A stretch of 41,494 nt of DNA, taken from a virus. Lineage: Duplodnaviria; Caudoviricetes. Below the pieces are notes generated by a model. The model was not told the DNA's origin and did no database searches. It saw nothing but the letters and a program-made list of their open reading frames with translations. The stretch lies in the IMG/VR virus record IMGVR_UViG_3300031938_000009, positions 1 through 41,494 of that record, one strand, 5' to 3'. Positions 16,744 to 24,728 of this stretch are shown here, one piece after another. Positions within the stretch are counted from its first letter, which is position 1. Each line of letters begins with the position of its first letter. A program made the translations under genes and the position numbers.

Positions 16744-16902
16744 GTGAGCAAGGGCACCCCCGTACGATCCATCCGCATCCCCGACCCGCGCTGGTATGCA
16801 GCAAAAACCAGGGCCGACGACGAAGGAACCACCATCACCGAACGAGTCAACGAATGGCTCGAGCACTACGGGCAACAACGAAAGGAGGAAGGGAATGAGT
16901 GA
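16744..16902 (+). CDS. ribbon-helix-helix DNA-binding protein
   Basis: TPVRSIRIPDPRWYAAKTRADDEGTTITERVNEWL; GAGGA RBS before GTG; in-frame upstream ATG at 16651. Confidence 0.75.
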   Translation: MSKGTPVRSIRIPDPRWYAAKTRADDEGTTITERVNEWLEHYGQQRKEEGNE

Positions 16903-17104
16903 TCTGATACTTAACGGAATCGCAATCGCCGGCGCCTTCGCCCTCATGTCCGTAATCGTGTACCGCATCGGCCCCGGACTATCGGAAGCCCTCAGCGCAT
17001 GGGCCGCGAAACAGGACCTCGAACACAAGCGCATCGAGATATGGGCGGAAGGGTTTCAGGAAGGCCAGGAAGCCGAGCGAACCCGAACCCAACAACGCGA
17101 ATAG
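16895..17104 (+). CDS. small membrane protein
   Basis: AAGGAGG RBS; LILNGIAIAGAFALMSVIVY TM segment. Confidence 0.65.
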   Translation: MSDLILNGIAIAGAFALMSVIVYRIGPGLSEALSAWAAKQDLEHKRIEIWAEGFQEGQEAERTRTQQRE

Positions 17105-17105
17105 C

Positions 17106-17137
17106 CAAGAGCCCCTGACGGAAGTTGGGGGCTCTTG
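17106..17137. terminator. hairpin/terminator
   Basis: CAAGAGCCCCTGAC-GGAA-GTTGGGGGCTCTTG. Confidence 0.65.
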
Positions 17138-17140
17138 CAT

Positions 17141-17236
17141 CAACCAGAAACAACCAGAACAAGGTAGAATTAGGGCAGTAAGAACCCCCGCGACGTGACC
17201 GCGTCCGGGGGAATGAACGGAAAGGTGAATTCCGCT
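17141..17236 (+). promoter_or_regulatory. promoter plus two-hairpin leader, copy 1
   Basis: AACCAGA x2, TAGAAT -10, bulged GC hairpin, SD-containing hairpin; paralogous to 19900-19996. Confidence 0.7.
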
Positions 17237-17710
17237 ATGACAAGTTTAGACCAACTCTCCCAAGATGCCGTGGAGCGCATAGCTCGAGAATCATGGAATG
17301 CAATTATCGATGGTGCTGCCCACTGGGATGAACAGGATGACTACACGAAAGACATGCACACACAGACTACTCTCGCAGTTATCAGAGCCCTTTTGTTCAG
17401 CGAAGAGTCAGTGGAGCGCGCAGCCCGTGTGCTGCAAGCAAACGAGCGACCAACCACAACCTGGGATGATTGGAGCATAGGCGCTCAGGAAGACTGGAAA
17501 CGGATCACTCGCGAAATGATCACAGCTTTGCAAGGTGGGCTGGGCGTTAACCTTCTTACTCATTACGAAACCGCCCAGTTAATTCTTCAGCGCATCCAAG
17601 AACGACCCGGTTGGTACGGTGATACGCCTGCGGTGGAAACTCTGGCGCGGGCTCAGGTGCACGCAACTTTGGCTCTCGTCGCCGCGCTGAAGGGGGGCGG
17701 GGATGAGTGA
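17237..17710 (+). CDS. hypothetical protein with internal duplication
   Basis: VERIAR..WDE.. and VERAAR..WDD.. repeats; C-terminal AQVHATLAL. Confidence 0.7.
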   Translation: MTSLDQLSQDAVERIARESWNAIIDGAAHWDEQDDYTKDMHTQTTLAVIRALLFSEESVERAARVLQANERPTTTWDDWSIGAQEDWKRITREMITALQGGLGVNLLTHYETAQLILQRIQERPGWYGDTPAVETLARAQVHATLALVAALKGGGDE

Positions 17711-17972
17711 TCTGACTGAGTTCCTACTCGCCCGCATCGACGAAGACGAAGCGGAAGCTCGCGAAGGCCAGCCCGAAGAAGGCACCGTGTATGGGGCCCT
17801 CGGATTCTTCGAGCCCTCCCGGGTCCTTGCCGAGTGCGCGGCGAAACGGGCCATAATTTCTGGCCTTGATGACGCATTGGATACCTACGCGGGGATGCGG
17901 GCCATGGATCGCGTTCTCGAGCATATGGCGTCCGTCTACAAAGATCATCCCGACTATCGGGAAGACTGGTAA
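17703..17972 (+). CDS. DUF6221-like protein
   Basis: LTEFLLARIDEDE..RVLAECAAKRAI..YKDHPDYREDW. Confidence 0.7.
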   Translation: MSDLTEFLLARIDEDEAEAREGQPEEGTVYGALGFFEPSRVLAECAAKRAIISGLDDALDTYAGMRAMDRVLEHMASVYKDHPDYREDW

Positions 17973-17977
17973 CCAGG

Positions 17978-18007
17978 AAGGCCCTCACCGCATGGTGGGG
18001 GCCTTTT
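17978..18007 (+). terminator. intrinsic terminator
   Basis: AAGGCCCTCACC...GGTGGGGGCCTTTT. Confidence 0.8.
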
Positions 18008-18059
18008 GCGTGCCCGGTGAATGCGGGTGAATCTTGTGAATCTGAGGGGTGTATTAGCG

Positions 18060-18247
18060 TGTTGACGGCGTCAACAAATGCAGCTCGTCTACTGCATTCT
18101 GGTGGACTCTGGTGGACTGTTCTGGACGTTTCTGGTTGGTGAACCCCTAGAAATCAAGGGTGGAGAGGGGTTCGAGTCCCACCTCGGGCACAGAATTGTA
18201 GGGGTTTTTAGCCCCAATGTTGACGGAGATGGGAGCTTTGTTGACGG
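18060..18247 (+). other. attP: attP: core identical to a tRNA 3' end (probably tRNA-Leu) with arm-type sites
   Basis: GGGTTCGAGTCCCACCTCGGGCAC at 18168-18191 is a T-arm plus acceptor strand; TGTTGACG at 18060 (with inverted copy to 18076), 18218 and 18239. Confidence 0.8.
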
Positions 18248-18268
18248 CTAGGCGGTAAAATTGCCTGT

Positions 18269-19471
18269 ATGGCCTCAATCAACAAGCGCACCCGCAAGAA
18301 CGGATCCGAGTATTTCACCGTCACTTGGCGCGACCCTGACACAAAAAAACAGCGCGGACTATCGTTCGACACTAAGGGTGAGGCTGAACTATTCCGCCGC
18401 TCACTAGAAGTCAACGCTAAGGACTTCGAACTAGCCGAGGCGGTCGTCTACGCGGCCAACGAGGAACAGCGCACCGTCACCGAAACAGTCGAGGAACACA
18501 TCGACCTACTCGTGAAGCCGACAACGCAGACAATCCACAACTACCGCTACATGCTCGAGCATCACATCAACCCGCACATTGGCAGTATCGCCATCGGGGA
18601 ACTCTCACAGCGGCACCTCACAGCCTGGATACGCGCGCTACAGGCCAAGACAACCACCGGCACAAACACAATGGCACCCAAGACAATCCGGAACGTCCAC
18701 GGCCTACTGAGCGCCGCAATGGAAACCGCAGTCAGGCTCCACTACCGGGCCGACAATCCCTGCCGCGGAATGGACCTGCCCACCACGGAACACCACGAGG
18801 ACAAAGAGCAGTTCCTCACATGGGACGAGTGGTGCCTGATCCACCGGAACATCACGCCCCGTTACCAGCCGCTAGCGCTGTTCCTAGTTATGACGGGTGC
18901 TCGATTTGGTGAGGCTACCGCCGTAAAGGTCGCTGACGTTAACTACAAGAACGTGCCGGCCACGGTGCGAATCAATAAGTCATGGAAGCGGGATCCGATC
19001 AAGGGCTTCTATATCGGGCCACCTAAGACGGCCAGCTCGAAGCGGACAGTTGCAATGCCGCCCGCGGTTGTCACTGCGCTCGAGCCAGCTATGAAGGGCG
19101 TCCCGGGCACCACCCTGTTGTTCCGCACCTCGAGCGGCGGGCGTATCGCGCAGAAATACTTTTGGACGGCTTGGGATGCTGCTTTGGATTCGGCCCGGCA
19201 GCAAGACCCGACATTCACCAAGACGCCACGCATCCACGATCTCAGGCACACGAGCGCGTCATGGGGGCTTCAGGGCGGCTTGACCTTGTACGAGGTTGCA
19301 CGGCGTCTTGGGCACGCTTCTACGGCCACCACAGAGCGCGTCTATGCCCACCTTATGCATGAGGGTATGGCGCGTGGTGCGGACGTTATGGGGAAGATGC
19401 TGCAAGGCCCCGCCGCTATCGAAGACGTGGATGATGTCCTCGAAGCTGACGGGGCCGACGAAGCTAGTTAG
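18269..19471 (+). CDS. int: tyrosine integrase
   Basis: TGARFGE, PKT, HDLRH, LGH, VYAH catalytic residues; N-terminal arm-binding domain; leaderless after TAAAAT. Confidence 0.95.
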   Translation: MASINKRTRKNGSEYFTVTWRDPDTKKQRGLSFDTKGEAELFRRSLEVNAKDFELAEAVVYAANEEQRTVTETVEEHIDLLVKPTTQTIHNYRYMLEHHINPHIGSIAIGELSQRHLTAWIRALQAKTTTGTNTMAPKTIRNVHGLLSAAMETAVRLHYRADNPCRGMDLPTTEHHEDKEQFLTWDEWCLIHRNITPRYQPLALFLVMTGARFGEATAVKVADVNYKNVPATVRINKSWKRDPIKGFYIGPPKTASSKRTVAMPPAVVTALEPAMKGVPGTTLLFRTSSGGRIAQKYFWTAWDAALDSARQQDPTFTKTPRIHDLRHTSASWGLQGGLTLYEVARRLGHASTATTERVYAHLMHEGMARGADVMGKMLQGPAAIEDVDDVLEADGADEAS

Positions 19472-19899
19472 GCTGCCTGGTCTAGTCGTTCCGCGAGTGC
19501 GGCTAGATCGGCGCGGCCCTTCTCGCCTGACTTGAGCCTTGCCCGGTCCTCGGCTGCGCGTGCCCGGTTAGCGGCACGGCATGGCTCGCACCGGCACTTG
19601 TGCTTCTTCGAGGTGTACCTGCTGACGGTTCCATGCTCGGGAATTTTGCGCTGCGCAGCGGTTTTTATCTTGTGGCATTCGTGGCAGAGAATCTGGCACT
19701 TGGCGAGTTCGGCGTCACGGCGTTCGCGTGACCACGTCCAGATGCGGTGGCTTTCCTTCTGCGCTGGATCGATATGGTCAACCTCGAGGCGCTCGGTGGA
19801 TCCGCATTGAACGCATGACTTGCCAGCCATCACCTCAGCACGCCGCGCCTTGGCCCAGCGGTTTTTGTATTCGCGCATTGAATGGTCTACTGTTTCCAT
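19468..19899 (-). CDS. HNH endonuclease with C-terminal HG..Y..CRCEPC motif
   Basis: CVQCG..LEVDHIDP..KCQILCHECH. Confidence 0.8.
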   Translation of the reverse strand: METVDHSMREYKNRWAKARRAEVMAGKSCVQCGSTERLEVDHIDPAQKESHRIWTWSRERRDAELAKCQILCHECHKIKTAAQRKIPEHGTVSRYTSKKHKCRCEPCRAANRARAAEDRARLKSGEKGRADLAALAERLDQAA

Positions 19900-19996
19900 A
19901 GCGGAGTTACCTTCCGTTCAGGCCCCGAGTGTTACAGCACTGCGGGGCTTTCTTGTTGCCACCTTTCATCGTACTTCGTTCTGGTGTTTTCTGGTG
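19900..19996 (-). promoter_or_regulatory. promoter plus two-hairpin leader, copy 2
   Basis: CACCAGAA x2, TACGAT -10, bulged hairpin, TGAACGGAAGGTAACTCCGCT-ATG. Confidence 0.7.
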
Positions 19997-20054
19997 GATC
20001 AGCAACCAACAAGACTGCGTGTTTCTGCTTGTAGGAACCACACAAACGACGAAC

Positions 20055-20086
20055 AGCCCCCGCAATCCGTGTGGACTGCGGGGGCT
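20055..20086. terminator. hairpin closing the late operon
   Basis: AGCCCCCGCAATCC-GTGT-GGACTGCGGGGGCT. Confidence 0.7.
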
Positions 20087-20105
20087 TCTCTGTTAAGGTT
20101 GGCGC

Positions 20106-20276
20106 ATGACTACTGGGGAAAAGCTTTTGAATCTGACCATCGAATATCAGGAATCACTGGCAAACAGGTCAGGCGCGTGGGGTGTCGATGGTAAGCCGGC
20201 AGGACGCGAGCCTTCCGAGATCGCGGCGGATTATGAGGCCGCCATGCGCGACCTCATAGTCCCAGCGTCTACGTGA
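20106..20276 (+). CDS. 56-aa leaderless antisense protein (not in ORF track)
   Basis: TGT-TAAGGT-N6-ATG; MTTGEKLLNLTIEYQESL...; stop overlaps the convergent gene. Confidence 0.55.
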   Translation: MTTGEKLLNLTIEYQESLANRSGAWGVDGKPAGREPSEIAADYEAAMRDLIVPAST

Positions 20277-20985
20277 TTGCGTAGTTAGACACGAGGCTAG
20301 ACGCCAGCGCAGCGCGTTCGGTGCTATCGAGTGCACGGTCGAACAGTCCAAATTCCGCGATATCAATCGCCGGCTTAGTCGCACTGGGGCCACTGCCGAG
20401 CTTCAGCGTCGAGATAGCCTCCGCGCCAGGGTTGCCTGTTTGTTCGGTGCCATTGTCACGCTTGAACACGGACGATGCCCCGTTGAAGACACCGATGAAC
20501 ACATGCCAGTTAGTATCTGTGGCGGTGGTTGTGGTGAAGAGGGATCCGCGGTACATCATCATGTTTGCGCCCTGTGTGGTGAAGCCGAAGCCGCCGCCGC
20601 CTTGCAGGTCAATGATCGGCCAGTAGTGTCCGCTTGTGGGCAAGGACCGGTAACGGCCCACAACATAAGTCGTGAACACGCCAGTACCGATCGCTGTGGC
20701 GTCCGAGTTGGCGCAGGTGAGAACGTCGTCCGTGCCGTCAAACTGAAGGTAGGTCCGTCCGGACGCGAACTTCCTGAGCGGCGCCGTGCTGCTGTTCGCG
20801 GCAGTGAGGTCACCGGAGCGGGTGCCGAGGTTTGGCAGTGCGAGGACCGGCTGATCGTTGGCGACCGGGGCGACCGACGCCACAAACCTGCGGGACGCGC
20901 CTGACACCGGAAGGCTATTGACGGCAAGCGGGAGGTCCGAGGCGTTCTGGAAAACGCCGGACAGGGTTCTACGGAGCATAGCCAT
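20269..20985 (-). CDS. LamG/concanavalin A-like beta-sandwich protein (tail-associated)
   Basis: LQFDGTDD..WHVFIGVFNG..DIAEFGLFDRALDSTE; start 20985 or 20997. Confidence 0.7.
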   Translation of the reverse strand: MAMLRRTLSGVFQNASDLPLAVNSLPVSGASRRFVASVAPVANDQPVLALPNLGTRSGDLTAANSSTAPLRKFASGRTYLQFDGTDDVLTCANSDATAIGTGVFTTYVVGRYRSLPTSGHYWPIIDLQGGGGFGFTTQGANMMMYRGSLFTTTTATDTNWHVFIGVFNGASSVFKRDNGTEQTGNPGAEAISTLKLGSGPSATKPAIDIAEFGLFDRALDSTERAALASSLVSNYAIT

Positions 20986-20987
20986 TT

Positions 20988-22685
20988 CTAGAGCCATCCT
21001 TTATCGGTGAGGAGTCGGTACAGTCTGCGCCCTACTGCGGCGTAACCTGCCGCGTTCAGGTGCGTGGGGTCGGATCGCAACGATGAGGGGATCACATCGT
21101 TGGTGATGTCGGTGTTGTCTTGGGTTGTCGGGGTGATCCCGGCCTCAGCCAGCCCGCGGCGGATGAGCCATCCGCGGAGGTCGAAGTAGTCGCTGCCGGC
21201 AACCTTTTCCAGCTCAGTGTTCACGGCGGCGATGGTGTTGTAACCGGCAGTCCCAACGGTCTCGGATGAGTCGTTGCACACGGACATGACGAGGATCGGC
21301 GCGTTCACCCTGCGGGCGGCGGTGACAACGGCGCGGGCGTCACGGGCGTTGATCACCACGTCCGGGTTGTTCCTGCCGGCCCAGTAGATGCGTCCGACGA
21401 GTGGTGCCGGGGTGCGCGCTGATTGCCAACGTGATTCAGGCGGGCACGCGGTGGCGGTTCCTGCCGCGGCGCGGGTGAACGTCCAGGTGTTGCCAACCGC
21501 TTTGCTCAGCGTTCCCGGTATGCCTGCGAGCGAGCCTGAGAACGTCCATGCATAGTCGGAGCGCCATGTGCCGGTCGGGAGGACCGCTGTCACAGCCACC
21601 GACCCGGATGCCGGGATGGTGTCTCCCGTGACGGTGACGAACACGTCGAGCCCGCCGGTTCGGAGCGCCACCTCCGTGCTCATCTGGGCCATTGTGCCGT
21701 AGTTTGATACGGGAACACTGGTGAGGGTTTGCAGGGTTCCAGGGTAGGAGGTGCCTGACCCGCCGGTTCCTTCCGTCATGGAGTCCCCGAAGCAGGCGAT
21801 ACCCAGCAAGGCTTGGGCTGTTCGTTTGGCGTAGTTCTGCAACACCCATGAGGGGGTGCGCCCGTCCAGTGTCATCGCGTCAGGTTCGGCTATGCGCCCG
21901 TTCGTGTCAACGGTCACAACCCGGTATCCGTCGATTGATGCGAGGCCAAGGGTGGTGTCGCCCTGAGTGAGTGCGTCCACCTTGGCGCGGGGCAGGTATT
22001 TGGTGCCGTCCGTGAGGGTTCGTTCGCTGACCCTGCCGCTGAGGTCAACGACTTCCTCTAGGTAGTCGCCGGTGATTGCGTTGGGCACGCCTGGGTCTGA
22101 TGTTTTTACGAGGCTAAGCCCAGCCGCCGCACCATTTACCGCCGCTGCTGCGGCTGCGGTTACGGTCCCGTCCTGCGCGATGGTTTCACTGATCAGCGCT
22201 GGTGCCGCGTCAATGTCCAGTTTTGTCGTTTCGACTGACTTGGCAGCATAGGTTGTCGAGAGCGCGGCTTTTGTTTCTGTTGTAGTGCCATTGATCGCTG
22301 CCGCGATAGCACTGTCTGCGGGTGCTCCGACGAGTGCGGCTGCGTCAACGGCTGCCGCGGCGGACGACGCTGCGGCTGCCGCTGACGTGCCAGCGTCGTT
22401 CTGCGCCGCTACAGCGACGGCCTTCAAACCCTCGTATGAGGTGAAGAAACCGGTGAACCCGCCACCGGACCAGGCAACACGGTCAATGTCGGCCATGAAC
22501 GCGGAACCGAACCCGTTCTTGTTGACGGTGATCGGGTTGGGCAGGGGCGAGCCGGTCGGGTCCGTGATGGCGATCGGGCTGTTGCCTGGGTCGTCCGGGT
22601 CCGAGATGATGATTGCCGCGTTACTGGCGACATTCGCGGGGTTGTTCGGGTCCGCCGCGAAGATTGGGTCGAATGTGAATGCCAC
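20988..22685 (-). CDS. tail fibre/spike with SGNH/GDSL esterase domain
   Basis: CFGDSMT, NYG, AGRNN and DPTH blocks; Ala-rich stalk. Confidence 0.75.
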   Translation of the reverse strand: MAFTFDPIFAADPNNPANVASNAAIIISDPDDPGNSPIAITDPTGSPLPNPITVNKNGFGSAFMADIDRVAWSGGGFTGFFTSYEGLKAVAVAAQNDAGTSAAAAASSAAAAVDAAALVGAPADSAIAAAINGTTTETKAALSTTYAAKSVETTKLDIDAAPALISETIAQDGTVTAAAAAAVNGAAAGLSLVKTSDPGVPNAITGDYLEEVVDLSGRVSERTLTDGTKYLPRAKVDALTQGDTTLGLASIDGYRVVTVDTNGRIAEPDAMTLDGRTPSWVLQNYAKRTAQALLGIACFGDSMTEGTGGSGTSYPGTLQTLTSVPVSNYGTMAQMSTEVALRTGGLDVFVTVTGDTIPASGSVAVTAVLPTGTWRSDYAWTFSGSLAGIPGTLSKAVGNTWTFTRAAAGTATACPPESRWQSARTPAPLVGRIYWAGRNNPDVVINARDARAVVTAARRVNAPILVMSVCNDSSETVGTAGYNTIAAVNTELEKVAGSDYFDLRGWLIRRGLAEAGITPTTQDNTDITNDVIPSSLRSDPTHLNAAGYAAVGRRLYRLLTDKGWL

Positions 22686-22707
22686 GGGTGGGCGCTCCTT
22701 TAAACGT

Positions 22708-22731
22708 AAAAAGCGCCCCTCGAGGCGCTGC
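22708..22731 (-). terminator. terminator after holin
   Basis: AGCGCC/GGCGCT stem followed by TTTT on the minus strand. Confidence 0.5.
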
Positions 22732-22745
22732 GTGGACTTGGTTTG

Positions 22746-23003
22746 TTAGGCGCGGTGGTCCGGGCCGGGTTCGTCAAGGGGCGGAAGCTCAACCTCGGAG
22801 GAAACATCAACCGGGTCAATGGCGTGCGTGGCAACCACCAGTGCCGGCTGGTTCGGGAACGCATACGTTGCAACAGCGGTTGCAATAACGCCGAGGATAG
22901 CCAGCCACTTGTACTCATCCGCGGGAAGAATACCCAGCAGCGCCGTGACGATGGATCCGAGAAGCGCCGCAACAGCCTTCGTGTACGTGAGAACCTGGAT
23001 CAC
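22746..23003 (-). CDS. holin
   Basis: two TM segments, KAVAALLG...YAFPN; follows the endolysin. Confidence 0.75.
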   Translation of the reverse strand: MIQVLTYTKAVAALLGSIVTALLGILPADEYKWLAILGVIATAVATYAFPNQPALVVATHAIDPVDVSSEVELPPLDEPGPDHRA

Positions 23004-23755
23004 TTGGTAACCTCCTGAGCCTTGACCAGTGCGGTGAGCGCGTCGATGGTGGCCTGCTGCTTCCCGATCAGGGTCTTAGCATCCGCCAGCTCCTGAAGGG
23101 CAGAGATTTTCTTGCCACCACGAAGAACCGGGATACCCCACACCTTCTTAGGCACCGCGCTCACGGGCGCGTCCATGTAGCGGATGATCCGGTTATACAG
23201 GTCTGCTTGCTGCTTATCAGAGAGGGCCATGAGGAAACCTTTCAAAGGCGCCGTGGTTGTTGATTGGGTTGTGATCCTGCCAAGGATCGAGGTCGGGTTG
23301 ATGCGCCCGTACATGTAGGAGTTGACGATCCACCCGTTAGGTAGAACCTCGAAGTGAAGGTGCGGGCCGGTGGATCCGCCAGTGTTACCTGAGAGGCCGA
23401 TGATCTGCCCTTCAGCGACTCGTGCGCCCGCTGCCACACGGGCTTGTCCTTCCTGACCGTGCGCGTAGATGCCAACGAAGTCGCCGTGGTCGATGACGTA
23501 GCAGAACCCGGCGAACGCTGGTGCGATCCAGTAGGGGTTGTCAGCGTAGGATCCACCGAACCAGCCCACATGCAGGACAGTCCCCGAAGTGACCGCCCTG
23601 ATCGGCGTACCAATCGGGCACGGATAATCAACACCCGTATGCCCGTCCGGCTGATAATTACCAAACGTCCGGATCAGCCACGAATCCGCAGGCAGATTCC
23701 TCGTCGGGTTGTCCCCGAAGTTCTGACTAGTCTCATAGTCGACGGGCTTGATCAT
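23000..23755 (-). CDS. endolysin, M23 peptidase
   Basis: [21 protein letters not shown]. Confidence 0.9.
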   Translation of the reverse strand: MIKPVDYETSQNFGDNPTRNLPADSWLIRTFGNYQPDGHTGVDYPCPIGTPIRAVTSGTVLHVGWFGGSYADNPYWIAPAFAGFCYVIDHGDFVGIYAHGQEGQARVAAGARVAEGQIIGLSGNTGGSTGPHLHFEVLPNGWIVNSYMYGRINPTSILGRITTQSTTTAPLKGFLMALSDKQQADLYNRIIRYMDAPVSAVPKKVWGIPVLRGGKKISALQELADAKTLIGKQQATIDALTALVKAQEVTK

Positions 23756-24498
23756 GGGGTTACTCCTGGGGCTATGGTTGTGCGGCACTGGCCACCGTCT
23801 GATGCGGTGCCGTCCGTGTAGGTGATCGTCCAGCGGCCATCTTCACCGCACATGGCGGAGGCGATGCCGCGCCCGTCAGCGCCAGCCGGACCTGGCTCAC
23901 CTTGCGGGCCAGCCGGGCCGGGGGTGGAAGAGTCAGCGCCGGCAGGACCAGGCTCACCCTGTGGACCAGGAGGGCCGGGAGGGCCACTAGGCCCGGCAGG
24001 ACCAGCCGGGCCGGGGGCGCCATCAGCGCCCGGAAGACCCGGGGAGCCCGCAGCACCAGCAGTGCCCGGCTCCCCATCAGTACCTTCCAAACCCAGCAGG
24101 CCGCGGATACCCTGATCACCCTTCGGCCCAACAGGACCAACAGGGCCAGCAGGACCACTAGGCCCCTGAGCGCCAGGTAAACCCTTCGGCCCCGGCGCCC
24201 CATCGTTACCCTTGTCACCTTTCGGTCCCGGCAACACCTCAGTAGGTTGTGACTGGACAGCCTCAGCCTTCGCGCACAAATCCCGGTCATCAATCAGGAG
24301 CTTTCCCTGCTGAGTGCAAACCCTTTGGATGTCCTGCGCTAACGTCTGGCTGTTCGCCTGCGCCGTGTTCTTATCCGCATTCGCCGCAAGAATCAGCCAA
24401 GCATTCCAACCAACACCAGCCACGATCATCAGGCCAAGAACAAAGAACATCCACCGGGGCGGGAACTCCGACCGCTTATCAACACCTATATGACTCAT
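23752..24498 (-). CDS. membrane-anchored collagen-like protein
   Basis: N-terminal TM; 33+5 Gly-X-Y triplets; flanking Cys pairs. Confidence 0.85.
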   Translation of the reverse strand: MSHIGVDKRSEFPPRWMFFVLGLMIVAGVGWNAWLILAANADKNTAQANSQTLAQDIQRVCTQQGKLLIDDRDLCAKAEAVQSQPTEVLPGPKGDKGNDGAPGPKGLPGAQGPSGPAGPVGPVGPKGDQGIRGLLGLEGTDGEPGTAGAAGSPGLPGADGAPGPAGPAGPSGPPGPPGPQGEPGPAGADSSTPGPAGPQGEPGPAGADGRGIASAMCGEDGRWTITYTDGTASDGGQCRTTIAPGVTP

Positions 24499-24728
24499 GG
24501 CTGCTCACCCCGGAGTTTCGCACGTAACTGGTCAATGGTCTCTTCGGCCTTATCAAGCCGATCAGCGAGTTCCTTTTCCCGCTCCCGGAGAGTTTTGTTG
24601 TCCTCGCGGAGGGAAGCCGCCCGCTCAGCTTCAAACTTTCGATACAGGAGGTAGAACCCGAGGACGCCACCGCCAGTGAGGCCAGGCGCGACCAACGCCT
24701 TAACAAGTTCAATAAACTGGGGGTCCAC
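24495..24728 (-). CDS. small membrane/coiled-coil protein (lysis cassette)
   Basis: one TM then a heptad coil; GGAGG RBS. Confidence 0.7.
   Translation of the reverse strand: MDPQFIELVKALVAPGLTGGGVLGFYLLYRKFEAERAASLREDNKTLREREKELADRLDKAEETIDQLRAKLRGEQP

Noticed and set aside
18168-18191. tRNA gene
   Set aside because: Only the T-arm and 3' acceptor strand are present; interpreted as the attP core.
20269-22685. Diversity-generating retroelement or invertible tail-fibre switch
   Set aside because: No reverse transcriptase, invertase, template/variable repeat pair or flanking inverted repeats seen.
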